A DNA stretch of 64,000 bases from an uncultured Acidobacteriota bacterium (GCA_963744185.1 CAVUSR010000014.1:1524-65523); one strand, 5' to 3'; numbered from the stretch's first letter, positions 27,947 through 37,040 are shown. The notes: generated from the letters alone by a model not told the origin. Numbers and translations: made by a program.

Positions 27947-29260
27947 CTACCGCAGATCCTCCGCCGAAGGGTAATATCCTCGCTTCGCGTAGACCTCGAG
28001 CCCCGGCCGATCCACACGCACGTCGATGTTCCGGAACTTCCCGTCGATCAGCGGTTCGTGGGTGGAATACACGATCGTGTATTGGTTCCGCGCCTCCTCC
28101 GCAATCGCCGAATAGCTCTTCTCAATGCCGTTCAGGTTTTTCTCCGAGTCCAGCGTACCCCCGGTCTGCGTCACGTAGCTCACCAGGCGGTTGTCATACA
28201 TTGTGAAAGGCAAGTGGAACTTGCTCATGTACCCCTCGCCCCATCGCGCCGACTCACCCACAAGCGTCCCATACACCGCGATCTCGTGGCCCTGCAGAAA
28301 CTTCAACACTTCCTTGTAGGTCGCCTTGCTGCCATTCTCCTTGCCGTCGGAGATTACGTAAATAATCCGGCGCCGCCCCTTCGGCCGCGTCGACAGCTGC
28401 TTTGCAGCCGCAAAGATCGCGTCGTTCAGCGTATGAATCTCTTTGGGAATGGTGATAAACGTATCGCTGCCTGCCGACTTGCCCGGCTGCAGGTTGGGAT
28501 CGACGCAGCTGCCATTCTGCCGGATCGAGCACCCCGCCATCGGACCGGTGTTGAATGCGTTCAGCTGTTCGGTACCGCTCGCCTTGGTCATCGACAGAAC
28601 GAACGGCACGCGCGCGCTCTGTGCCCCGGTAAACCCGCCCGACTGGTCATGCGCTCCGTTGGCGTAGGAAAACACCGCAACCTCGTCATATGGCGTCAAA
28701 CCCCCCTGAATCGCTCCCAGCGAATCGTTCACCTTCGACATCACGTCCTGGGGCAGGCTCTGGTCCACCACAAACGCAATCGAGAGCGGCATCGGATCCA
28801 CCGAAAAGATCTTCATATCTTCGGGGCTTCCATTCTCGTAAACCTTGAAATCACGCCACGTCAGCCCCGCGATCAGCTTCCCCTTCGGGTCCTTCACCGT
28901 CACTGGGACTTCAACATAGGTCACATTCAGACGAAAGATGCTTCCCAATTGCTCGGGAGAGGTGGATGTCTCCGGAGGGGTAGGCTGCAGATTCTGCGGC
29001 TGCGAACTCGGCACCTGCGTCGATGGCGGCGGCACGTGCATTTCAGTCGACCCTGATGCGCCCGTGGCCGGCGTCTCGGTTCCGGCCCCGCCGCCGGGCT
29101 TGATCGCTCCATTCGCTGCGTCGGCCAGCGGTGCGGTCTTCTGGGGCGTCGGGGCGTCGGGTATCGACGAAGACTGCCCTTCCTGTGCAACGGCTGACGG
29201 CAATCCCAGGCTCAGACTTAACAAGGCACTCAGCGCCGACGCTTTCAATAAAGGGTTCAC
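27947..29260 (-). CDS. secreted VWA-domain protein (Acidobacterial VWFA-related type)
   Basis: Signal peptide, Pro/Thr-rich linker and an N-terminal beta module (FRLNVTYVEVPVTVKDPKGKLIAGLTWRDFKVYENG). This is followed by a VWA-like region (IAFVVDQS...VAVFSY...IIYVISDGKENGS). Confidence 0.8.
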   Translation of the reverse strand: MNPLLKASALSALLSLSLGLPSAVAQEGQSSSIPDAPTPQKTAPLADAANGAIKPGGGAGTETPATGASGSTEMHVPPPSTQVPSSQPQNLQPTPPETSTSPEQLGSIFRLNVTYVEVPVTVKDPKGKLIAGLTWRDFKVYENGSPEDMKIFSVDPMPLSIAFVVDQSLPQDVMSKVNDSLGAIQGGLTPYDEVAVFSYANGAHDQSGGFTGAQSARVPFVLSMTKASGTEQLNAFNTGPMAGCSIRQNGSCVDPNLQPGKSAGSDTFITIPKEIHTLNDAIFAAAKQLSTRPKGRRRIIYVISDGKENGSKATYKEVLKFLQGHEIAVYGTLVGESARWGEGYMSKFHLPFTMYDNRLVSYVTQTGGTLDSEKNLNGIEKSYSAIAEEARNQYTIVYSTHEPLIDGKFRNIDVRVDRPGLEVYAKRGYYPSAEDLR

Positions 29261-29558
29261 AGGCCTCTTCTTCCTCCAAAAACCAGCGCCGTTCGCGCCT
29301 CAAGACACTGATTCATGTGCCGCTGACACTGTTGGTGTGTCCATCCGTCAGATTATCAGACGCACTGCGGCGTTGCGGGTTTGCTTCGCGGCCTGAAACG
29401 CCACCCATGCAACCCTTCCAAAATCACGGGCCCTGTGCTCTTTCATCCCGCCTGGCTTCCGAGGATCTTATGCCCCATACTCACTTCGGGCTATGTCCCG
29501 GACAGCCAAGTTCGGGCTATGCTCTCTTCGTGCTTCGATTACGCGTCTAACAGGTGAC

Positions 29559-30614
29559 ATGCGCATGCGCTTCACTCTCGCTACCCTGGTTCTGAGCCTT
29601 CCCCTCGCTGCCGCTCCGGCGTGGTCTCAGCTTCCTCCGTCCCCTGACGCCCCCCCGGTGAGCCACGCTCCCGCCGCCCCCGCTGAAGATCAGTCCGTAG
29701 CTACCTTTAAGATCACCTCGAATCTCGTCGACCTCTTCTTCACCGTCAAAGACAAGTCCGGCAACCTCGTTCCTCACCTCAGCAAGGAGACCTGCTCCGT
29801 ACAGGAAGACAAGCAGCCGCAGACCTGGAAGAGCTTCACGGCGCAGAATGACCTGCCCCTGACACTCGGAATTCTGCTGGACACCTCGGGCAGCCAGCAA
29901 TACGTCCTGCCCCTCGAGCAGGAGGCCGGCAGCCGCTTCCTCGAACAGGTTCTGCGCAAGAAAGACGAAGCCTTCCTCCTCTCTTTCGATGTCAACGTTG
30001 ACCTGCTGCAGGACTTCACCAATAGTGCGCGCATGCTCGCCCATGCCATGAGCAAGGCAGAAATCAACACCGCCGGCGGTAACGGCGCGGCGGGCATCCC
30101 CGGCGCGGGCGGGGGCACCGTCCCCACGGTCGGCGACCCCAAGGGGACGCTTCTCTACGACGCCATCTACCTCGCGTCGCGTGAAAAGCTCAATCAGGAG
30201 ACCGGGCGCAAGGCCATGATCATCCTCACCGACGGAGAGGACCAGGGAAGCCGTACCAAGATCAGCGAAGCCATTGCTGCCGCCGAGAAGTCCAACGCCA
30301 TCATCTACGTCATCCTCATCGCCGACGTCGGCTCCTACGGTAGCTGGGGCTACAGCGGCTACTCCGCCGCCAAGCGCCTTTCCGAAGAGACTGGCGGTCG
30401 CCTCATCAATGTGGGCAACAACGGCAAAAAACTTGACGCCGCCTTCCAGCAGATCCAGGATGAGCTCCGCACTCAGTACATCGGTTCCTATACCCCTACC
30501 AACACCAAAGCCGACGGCACCTTTCGCAAACTCGCCGTCAACTGCGGCGAAGGAACCCACGTCCAGGTCCGCAAAGGCTATTTCGCCCCGGCGCCCGAGG
30601 GCCAAGACCGTTAG
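29559..30614 (+). CDS. secreted VWA-domain protein (Acidobacterial VWFA-related type), divergent partner of 27947..29260
   Basis: Signal MRMRFTLATLVLSLPLAAAPAWSQ, then FKITSNLVDLFFTVKDKSGNLVPHLSKETCSVQEDKQPQ, then a VWA-like core (LGILLDTSGSQ...MIILTDGEDQGS). Confidence 0.8.
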   Translation: MRMRFTLATLVLSLPLAAAPAWSQLPPSPDAPPVSHAPAAPAEDQSVATFKITSNLVDLFFTVKDKSGNLVPHLSKETCSVQEDKQPQTWKSFTAQNDLPLTLGILLDTSGSQQYVLPLEQEAGSRFLEQVLRKKDEAFLLSFDVNVDLLQDFTNSARMLAHAMSKAEINTAGGNGAAGIPGAGGGTVPTVGDPKGTLLYDAIYLASREKLNQETGRKAMIILTDGEDQGSRTKISEAIAAAEKSNAIIYVILIADVGSYGSWGYSGYSAAKRLSEETGGRLINVGNNGKKLDAAFQQIQDELRTQYIGSYTPTNTKADGTFRKLAVNCGEGTHVQVRKGYFAPAPEGQDR

Positions 30615-31063
30615 TTCAGCCTCAGGGCTCGCTTTAAGCCATGTTTTCGGCAATCCTGGCCTTTTGCGGTCCTCGCACCCACAAAGTGTGAGACTTACGG
30701 GCCTTTCTACTCTGAAAACGCACCTCCAAGCTCTCTAAAAACACAACTCTTGCTTGAATGTCTGCTTTTTCGGGCTCGTGCGCTTCGGCTTTCGCGCTCG
30801 ATGATTTCATCTCCCGCAAAACACTGAAAATAAACATCGTGCGTTCGCCATTCAGCCATTCTTTCGTCAAAAATGAATGCATGCTGCAAATGATTGTGCG
30901 TAAATCGCTTAACAATTGACATTGAGCTTCGCGTTTTGACAGCGCCTTGCTTCACTTATTTCCAAACTTCCAATCAACCTTTCCTCTGCGGCCCGCACCT
31001 ACCTTCCTTGATCGATCTCCTTGCCGGAATCGAGGGGACGAATCAACGGAGGTTTAACCGTTT

Positions 31064-31999
31064 ATGAGAAATGTAAAACTACTCATTCCGGCCATCACTT
31101 TGGCCGCCGTTTCAAGCCTTCCGCTTGCAGCGCAGCAACCTACGCAGCCGGCACCTGGCACCCCCCAGCCGACCACAACCGAGCCGAGCACCACGCAGCC
31201 GCAAGCGCAACCGGGCACGCAGCCCGAAACCCAGGCTCCTCAGCCTGCTCCAGCGCAGCAAAGCGCGTCCCCGGCAGTCCCGGCTCCCAGCACGGCCAAT
31301 GCTCCTGAAGTGACCAACGCTGAACTCCGCCCCGTCAACGGCGAACTCGTCAGCAAGCTCGACACAAAAAACGCCAAGAACGGCGACCAGGTCGTGGTCA
31401 AGACTACTGAGAAAGCTACCTTCGCCGACGGCGTAGTTATCCCCAAGGGCTCCAAGATCATGGGTCACGTCACCGATGTGCAGGCCCACGACCAGACCAA
31501 CCCAAACTCCAAAGTGGCCATTCAGTTCGATCAGGCCGAGCTGAAGGGCGGTCAGACGATGCCCATCAAGTCCGTGTTGCAGTCGGTGGAACCGGCGACC
31601 GGCGCTGACACAGGCCAGGCCAACCCGTTCGGCACTGGTTCCGCGCCCAGCGCGCCCCCAACCAGCTCGGCACCCAGCGCCGGCTCAACCAGCAGCCCGT
31701 CGGGAGCCGCCTCCGCGCAGCCCATGCAGCAGAACAGCGCCCCCGCAGCCGCTGGCCCTGGCTCCGGTCCAGCGCCCAGCGGCTATCCCGCTGCCGGTAC
31801 CGTCGTAGCCCATCAGGGCAACATTGACATCAAAACTACCGCGATCCCTGGCGTCCTCATCGCGGGCAACGCCAATGGTCAACCCTTCGCCAACGCTTCC
31901 GGTGCGCTCCTCGGCGCCCGCCAGAACATCCACCTCGACGGCGGCACCAAGGTCACCCTTGCCGTTGCCGACTCAAACAACAAGGTAAGCAACCGATAA
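31064..31999 (+). CDS. secreted hypothetical protein with Pro/Gln/Thr-rich and Ser/Ala/Pro-rich low-complexity segments
   Basis: 311 aa with signal MRNVKLLIPAITLAAVSSLPLAAQ. A GGAGG lies upstream and a strong terminator follows directly. Confidence 0.6.
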   Translation: MRNVKLLIPAITLAAVSSLPLAAQQPTQPAPGTPQPTTTEPSTTQPQAQPGTQPETQAPQPAPAQQSASPAVPAPSTANAPEVTNAELRPVNGELVSKLDTKNAKNGDQVVVKTTEKATFADGVVIPKGSKIMGHVTDVQAHDQTNPNSKVAIQFDQAELKGGQTMPIKSVLQSVEPATGADTGQANPFGTGSAPSAPPTSSAPSAGSTSSPSGAASAQPMQQNSAPAAAGPGSGPAPSGYPAAGTVVAHQGNIDIKTTAIPGVLIAGNANGQPFANASGALLGARQNIHLDGGTKVTLAVADSNNKVSNR

Positions 32000-32031
32000 A
32001 CCTTAACCCGCAACCTCACCCGCAACACCAG

Positions 32032-32061
32032 CAGGGCCGGTTCGCCGGCCCTGTTTCATTT
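32032..32061 (+). terminator. rho-independent terminator
   Basis: Stem CAGGGCCGG (32032-32040) / CCGGCCCTG (32045-32053) with loop TTCG, followed by TTTCATTT. Confidence 0.7.
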
Positions 32062-32216
32062 GCCTGTGTCTCGTTTTCAAACACAACGTTACGTCGGTCT
32101 CATTCCGCATCTGCATGCCCGTAATCTGGCGCAGACGGTCCCCTATCGCTACCATCGGCAGTGAAGTGGATAACTTGAGCCTCGCCGCCCCCTCCACCCC
32201 GCTCCGGAGTGATGCC

Positions 32217-32477
32217 ATGATCGAGAACACGACATTCCACGACGGCTTCGAAATCAGTCCCCGCTTTCGCCGCTCTATTGAAGAACGTATCGCCCGCCTC
32301 GAAGAGGGCGCCGCCCGGGACGAGAGCATGATCATCTCGCTCGGAAATCCCGATCATGTCCGGCGTCAAATGCGCCTGGTCGCCACTCAGCGCCTCGAAG
32401 CCCTCCGCATGCGGATCTTCCTCGACCGCTCCCGCGTTCGCCCCACCCGCACCATCAACGCTCCGCCAATCGCCTGA
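32217..32477 (+). CDS. small hypothetical protein (weak call)
   Basis: ATG 32217 is preceded by GGAG at a 7-nt spacing. The 86-aa helical, Arg-rich product has no recognisable family. Track ORF 32115..32477 offers a longer alternative. Confidence 0.3.
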   Translation: MIENTTFHDGFEISPRFRRSIEERIARLEEGAARDESMIISLGNPDHVRRQMRLVATQRLEALRMRIFLDRSRVRPTRTINAPPIA

Positions 32478-32612
32478 CGCGCAGCATCACGTTGGGCGGA
32501 ATTCATTCGCGCACGAGCGCTCTTGGTTCGGTATTCGGTTCGAGTCAGCAGGGTTTTTCTTGAACCTGGAGGGGTGCCCCTCTAGGCCTGTCCCGGAATT
32601 CCTCCGGAAACC

Positions 32613-32688
32613 TGGAGCACCGGGCGGGAGTTGAACCCGCGAATGCAGGTTTTGCAGACCTGTGCGTTAGCCACTTCGCCACCGGTGC
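32613..32688 (-). tRNA. tRNA-Cys (anticodon GCA), CCA encoded
   Basis: Minus-strand cloverleaf with acceptor GCACCGG/CCGGTGC and anticodon stem CAGGT/ACCTG around loop CTGCAAA. T arm is GCGGG-TTCAACT-CCCGC, discriminator T, then CCA. Confidence 0.9.
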
Positions 32689-32839
32689 TCGATCAAGACT
32701 GCTACAGTCCGAGACTGCTACAGTCAAGGCCTGATACAGTCTCGGACGTTTGCGCGGCTTCCATCTTGTCGCGCATCAAACGACGCTTCTCCTCATCATA
32801 CCCGCCTCCACTCCAACCAGAGTGCTTGATAATCGTTCC

Positions 32840-33757
32840 ATGGCGAACGAATCCGCCCGCACCCTCGATTACTACCTCGTCGACGTCTTCACCACCACTG
32901 CATTCGCCGGCAACCCGCTGGCCGTGGTCATGAACACCGCCCAACTCACCACCGCGCAGATGCAGACGATCGCTATCGAGTTCAACCTCTCCGAAACCAC
33001 TTTCGTCGAGCGCCGCCCGCCTTCCATCGAAGCGGCTGAAGGCGTCCGCGTCCGTATCTTCACCACCGAAGAAGAGCTTCCCTTTGCCGGCCACCCCACT
33101 CTCGGCACTGCCAGCGTGCTCAAGCTCACCGCGCCCGAATGCCTGCGCGACTCCGCCCTCACCCTCGCCGAAAATGTCGGCCCCATCCCGGTCCGCTTCC
33201 TGCCCTCCGGCGCTCTGCTCGCTGAGATGACCCAGCGCGACGCCGAATTCGGCCCCGAACTCGATCCCGCGGAAATCGCCCGCCTGTGTGGCCTGTCCGT
33301 CGACGACCTCGATCCCTCCGCCGCACCGCAGGTCGTTTCTACCGGCAATGCCTTTGCCATCGTGCTGCTTCGTTCCATTGAAGCTCTGGGCCGCGTCCGC
33401 GTCTCTCAGGGCGAGTCCACTGCCTGGCTTCGGGCCTGGGGCGCCCGCTGGTTTTATTTCCTGGCCCCGGCTCCGGTCCAAGACCAGCGCCCTCCGCAGC
33501 AATGCTTTCGCGCCCGCATGCAGTTCAACGGCGATGAAGATCCAGCCACCGGCTCCGCCGCCGGTTGCGCGGTCAGTTATCTCGTGCGCCGCAACCTCGC
33601 TCCTTCCGGGATACAATTCCTCATCCGGCAGGGTGTCGAGATGGGCCGCCCCAGTGAAATTTTCGTGTCCGCTACCGCGCTTGAGGCCAGGGTCACCGAT
33701 ATTCGTGTAGGGGGCAGCACCGTTCTTGTTGCAAAAGGGCAGCTTTTCCTGCCGTGA
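32840..33757 (+). CDS. PhzF-family isomerase-like protein
   Basis: LDYYLVDVFTTTAFAGNPLAVV..., ...NLSETTFV..., ...FAGHPTLG... and ...EDPATGSAAG are PhzF family hallmarks. Start taken at ATG 32840 inside the track ORF. Confidence 0.85.
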   Translation: MANESARTLDYYLVDVFTTTAFAGNPLAVVMNTAQLTTAQMQTIAIEFNLSETTFVERRPPSIEAAEGVRVRIFTTEEELPFAGHPTLGTASVLKLTAPECLRDSALTLAENVGPIPVRFLPSGALLAEMTQRDAEFGPELDPAEIARLCGLSVDDLDPSAAPQVVSTGNAFAIVLLRSIEALGRVRVSQGESTAWLRAWGARWFYFLAPAPVQDQRPPQQCFRARMQFNGDEDPATGSAAGCAVSYLVRRNLAPSGIQFLIRQGVEMGRPSEIFVSATALEARVTDIRVGGSTVLVAKGQLFLP

Positions 33758-34213
33758 TGCACATCCTTTCAACAGGTATTCATATTTCTAACTATTCGGC
33801 ACCAAACTAGTTAACTGCGTTTCCCTCCGCTGTGCGAAATTTTCCACCCCTATCTTCTCTTTTTATTCCGTCTTTGCAGGCGGCTCCTTCCCTCGTACTC
33901 TTGGCAGGCATTGGAGAAATTCAAACGGCTTTCGAGCCGGCTGATCCCCAGGCAGGCAGAGCAAAATCGCCACGGGTGAGGATAGGGTTTCAGGCTCCCG
34001 CGTACCGGAGTCGCCTGCGCAACGGTGTGTGTCCGCCAGGATTGCCACCGCTTGCGCCGCGCCTCCGGATTCATAGTCCGAGCCTGGACGAATCGCCTTC
34101 CCGCGGCAAAATCGGCCCAGGAGCTCCCGGTTCCACGATCCCGCCATCGAGCGGGCGCGGATTCGTGTTGTCTCCCGCCGAATCCTCAAATCGAAAAGGA
34201 GTGTGCCTCAATC

Positions 34214-34636
34214 ATGCGGCCGAAGAAAATCATTTTGTGTGTCGACGACAACGAGACGGACCTGTCCGTGCTCAAGTTCCTCCTGGCTACCAATGGATAC
34301 CGCGTGGTATCGGCCAACAACGGCCAGGAGGCGATCGGCATCTTTGCCGATACCGCCGTCGACCTCGTCCTCTCTGACTTCTCGATGCCGCAGATGAATG
34401 GTGATCAACTCGTCCGCAGCCTCAAGCAGATTGCTGCGCACATCCCCATGATTCTCCTCGGCGATCCTCAGAAGATGGGCGAAAACCTGCACGCCGCCGA
34501 CGCTGTACTTGCCAAGAAAAACTGCACCTCCCAGGAACTCCTCGACCGCATCAAGCTCATGAGCGCCCGCAAACGCGGCCCTCGTAAAGGCAGCACCCGC
34601 ACCGTCCAGCACCCCGCACTGGCCGTAGCGTCGTGA
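34214..34636 (+). CDS. stand-alone response regulator receiver (CheY-like) protein
   Basis: 140 aa. KIILCVDDNETDL..., ...DLVLSDFSMPQMNG... and ...PMILLG are receiver-domain motifs including the phospho-acceptor Asp. AAAAGGAG lies upstream of ATG 34214. Confidence 0.85.
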   Translation: MRPKKIILCVDDNETDLSVLKFLLATNGYRVVSANNGQEAIGIFADTAVDLVLSDFSMPQMNGDQLVRSLKQIAAHIPMILLGDPQKMGENLHAADAVLAKKNCTSQELLDRIKLMSARKRGPRKGSTRTVQHPALAVAS

Positions 34637-34637
34637 G

Positions 34638-34807
34638 AAGACAGTGGTCAGTGATCAGTGGTCAGGCGGACGACGGGCATCAGAAGGTGGGAGCCCCGGG
34701 TTCTTGAAAGACCCCTCGCCCGTGGTCCTTTTCAATGCAACTGATCGCCCGCCGCGGCCACCGGTCCCGCTTTTGACCACTGACCACTGATCACTGACCA
34801 CTGTCTT
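34638..34807. repeat. long inverted repeat built from CAGTGRT heptads flanking a 114-nt spacer (MITE-like or REP-like element, or a giant hairpin)
   Basis: Left arm ACAGTGGTCAGTGATCAGTGGTCAG (34641-34665) is the perfect reverse complement of CTGACCACTGATCACTGACCACTGT (34780-34804). Complementarity extends by AAG/CTT on the flanks. Confidence 0.8.
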
Positions 34808-34913
34808 TTGCCTCTTTGACTTTGCCACTTGACGACCGCTGCACCCGGTCGGCATACTCGCGAATCAAGCCCGAACTCGGCGTCTTTTCTCCCGCCGGCG
34901 GGAGTGGGTCTTT

Positions 34914-35951
34914 ATGGATCTTGTTCTGCTTCGTGTGCTGTTTGTTGCCCTGCTCAGCGTTGTTTGTTACTTCCTTCACCCGTTTGGCCTTGCCGGGTTG
35001 CCCGGCGCCGGTATCGGCGCCCTGGCTGCCGGCTCGGTCATCGTCTTCGAGTTGCGCGTCCGCGCCCTCAGCCTGCGACGGCTCATTGGCGCCGTTGTCG
35101 GCTCGGTGCTCGGCATCTTCGGCGCAGCCCTGTTTTGCCTGGTTCTCCGATCTGCGCCCCTGAGCGGCGCCAACTCCGCCGCTCTGCAGATCTTCGTCCT
35201 GCTGCTGATGACCTACGTCGGGTTGCTGGTCGGCGCCAACAAGGGTGACCTGCTCAATCCCGCCGCCCTGGGCACCATCTTCGCCACCGACAAGCCCCTG
35301 CGCCGCTCCGCCAAGGTCCTCGACACCTCCGTCATCATCGACGGCCGCATCGCCGACATCGCCGAGGCCGGCTTCATCGACGGCATGATGGTCGTGCCCG
35401 AGTTCGTGCTCCGTGAGCTGCAGGTCGTCGCCGACTCCACCGACGGCTCCAAGCGCCAGCGCGGACGCCGCGGCCTCGACATGCTGCAGCGCATGCAGTC
35501 CAATCCCAACCTCCAGGTCCAGATCGTCTCTGACGACTTCCCCACCATCCGCGAAGTCGATCTCAAGCTCCTCGAACTGGCCAAGAAGTGGGAAGCCAAG
35601 GTCGTCACCAACGATTTCAACCTCAACAAGGTCGCCCACCTCCACCACGTGCAGGTGCTCAACATCAACGACCTCGCCAACGCCCTCAAGCCCGTGGTTC
35701 TGCCCGGCGAGCGCATGACCGTCCTCATCCTCAAAGAAGGCAAGGAGTACAACCAGGGTGTCGGCTATCTCGACGATGGCACCATGGTGGTCGTCGATCA
35801 CGCTCGCAAAATGATCGGCCGTAGCGTCGACATCTCCGTCACCAGCGTCCTGCAGACCGCCAGCGGCAAAATGATCTTCGGCAAGATGGACGAGACCAAC
35901 GGCAAGGGCACCGAGCCCCCGCGCACCGTCTCCGTAGAACTGGCCCGCTAG
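34914..35951 (+). CDS. membrane-associated PIN/TRAM domain protein (YacL-like)
   Basis: Four N-terminal hydrophobic helices, a PIN-like core ([22 protein letters not shown]...[12 protein letters not shown]) and a C-terminal TRAM-like beta domain ([29 protein letters not shown]). Confidence 0.85.
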   Translation: MDLVLLRVLFVALLSVVCYFLHPFGLAGLPGAGIGALAAGSVIVFELRVRALSLRRLIGAVVGSVLGIFGAALFCLVLRSAPLSGANSAALQIFVLLLMTYVGLLVGANKGDLLNPAALGTIFATDKPLRRSAKVLDTSVIIDGRIADIAEAGFIDGMMVVPEFVLRELQVVADSTDGSKRQRGRRGLDMLQRMQSNPNLQVQIVSDDFPTIREVDLKLLELAKKWEAKVVTNDFNLNKVAHLHHVQVLNINDLANALKPVVLPGERMTVLILKEGKEYNQGVGYLDDGTMVVVDHARKMIGRSVDISVTSVLQTASGKMIFGKMDETNGKGTEPPRTVSVELAR

Positions 35952-36260
35952 ACCCCTGCGGGGTGGTCGGCGTTCTCAGCCAAAGGCAACGTGTTTTCCT
36001 GAGTGAAGCGTAGCGGAATCGAAGGATCCGCGGTTGTTCTTGCTTTTGCTCTTCCAGCCTGGCCGGGAACCTGGGTGCCGCATCCTGACGACACCTTCGT
36101 TTCTGTCGTTAGGGTGGGATACCCGAACCCCCCGCCCGCTTTGGAGAGGCCGATTCACCGCAACCTTGGCGCACCCCACCAGATCACGGCGCGATAATGT
36201 CTCATGCCTTCCCCGCGGGCAAAGCAACAATCCACCGAACGCGTCAGGCCCAGCCCCTAC

Positions 36261-36722
36261 ATGCAAATCGAGTCGGTGCTTCTCCTCGTGCTCTGCATCT
36301 TTTTAGGCTTCGTTCTCCCCCTCCTTCTACGTTCAGATTTTGAAGGAGTCTGGTTCAAAATCAGCGGCGACAAAGACGCCCCCGCCGAGATGAAAGTCCT
36401 CGCGCACCACGGCAAGTTCGCTGAGATCCTTCCCCTCGGCTGTCTCAATGGCGACTCCTACGAAACCATTACGCTGGTCGCCGATGGCCGCGAGCACACC
36501 TGGTCCGAGCCGGCGAGCTGCACCATTAAGCCCGGCATCAACTCCTACTCTGCGCAGTTGACGAGCAACACGTTCCAGCTCACCAAGCGAACCGACGCAG
36601 CCACCTTCACCGAGTCCTGGAATCTCGTTGGTCACAACCGCATGGTCATCTCAAAGAATGGGGGCACCGCAACCTACCAGCGCGCTTCGTGGCTCCGCTC
36701 CCTCTTCACCGAAGAACCCTAG
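36261..36722 (+). CDS. hypothetical membrane-anchored protein
   Basis: Start taken at ATG 36261 (MQIESVLLLVLCIFLGFVLPLLL, an N-terminal TM helix). An alternative start is ATG 36204. I recognise no family. Confidence 0.45.
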   Translation: MQIESVLLLVLCIFLGFVLPLLLRSDFEGVWFKISGDKDAPAEMKVLAHHGKFAEILPLGCLNGDSYETITLVADGREHTWSEPASCTIKPGINSYSAQLTSNTFQLTKRTDAATFTESWNLVGHNRMVISKNGGTATYQRASWLRSLFTEEP

Positions 36723-36750
36723 CAAGCTGCGAAAAACTCTTGCGGGCCGC

Positions 36751-37040
36751 AGGCGTATGCCGGGGAATTATCCCCGGTGTGAACGCAAGGAGAATCAATT
36801 CGGATAATTACAAGCCACAAAGGACTCCCTCGATCGGTAGGCCCGCGAATTATCCCGCGTGCGACCAAGGCAAAATCGATGCGGAAATTACGGACCGCGC
36901 AAGACTCCGTCGGGCGGTAGGCCTGCGAATTATCCCGAGTGCGACGCAAGGCAAAATCGACGCGGACCGTCGGGCGGTAGGCCGGGGATTTTATCCCCGG
37001 CATTAACGCAAGCAGAATCAAGGGGGCTTCAGCCCCTGAG
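36751..37040. repeat. array of four degenerate head-to-tail repeats (periods about 80, 80 and 60 nt) carrying hairpins
   Basis: Units start near 36751, 36831, 36911 and 36971. The shared core is CGGGCGGTAGGCCnGCGAATTATCCCnnGTGCGACGCAAGGCAAAATCGA. Perfect hairpins CCGGGGA-loop-TCCCCGG lie at 36760-36777 and 36982-37000. Confidence 0.75.

Noticed and set aside
30634-30955. Two overlapping minus-strand ORFs (93 and 82 aa) in the AT-richer gap.
   Set aside because: They are mutually exclusive frames with no RBS and no family resemblance. Their composition is atypical for genes in this window.
32478-32760. Genomic island integrated at tRNA-Cys, and likewise at tRNA-Leu (58689..58772).
   Set aside because: No integrase, recombinase or phage-like genes flank either tRNA. 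I could not find a direct repeat of either tRNA 3' end nearby.
36880-36960. c-di-GMP-I (GEMM-I) riboswitch-like box GACGCAAGGC inside the repeat units.
   Set aside because: It only partly resembles the GACGCAAAGC core. The tetraloop/receptor architecture and flanking conserved stems are absent, and the box recurs as part of a tandem repeat.
36689-37006. 105-aa ORF spanning the tandem repeats.
   Set aside because: Its sequence is just the repeat translated (IGRPANYPACDQGKIDAE / AVGLRIIPSATQGKIDAD). It overlaps the end of the preceding gene and has no start context.
36751-37040. Possible CRISPR array.
   Set aside because: The sequence between the hairpin cores is itself conserved between units, so there are no unique spacers. 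The period is irregular (80/80/60 nt) and there are no cas genes in the window.
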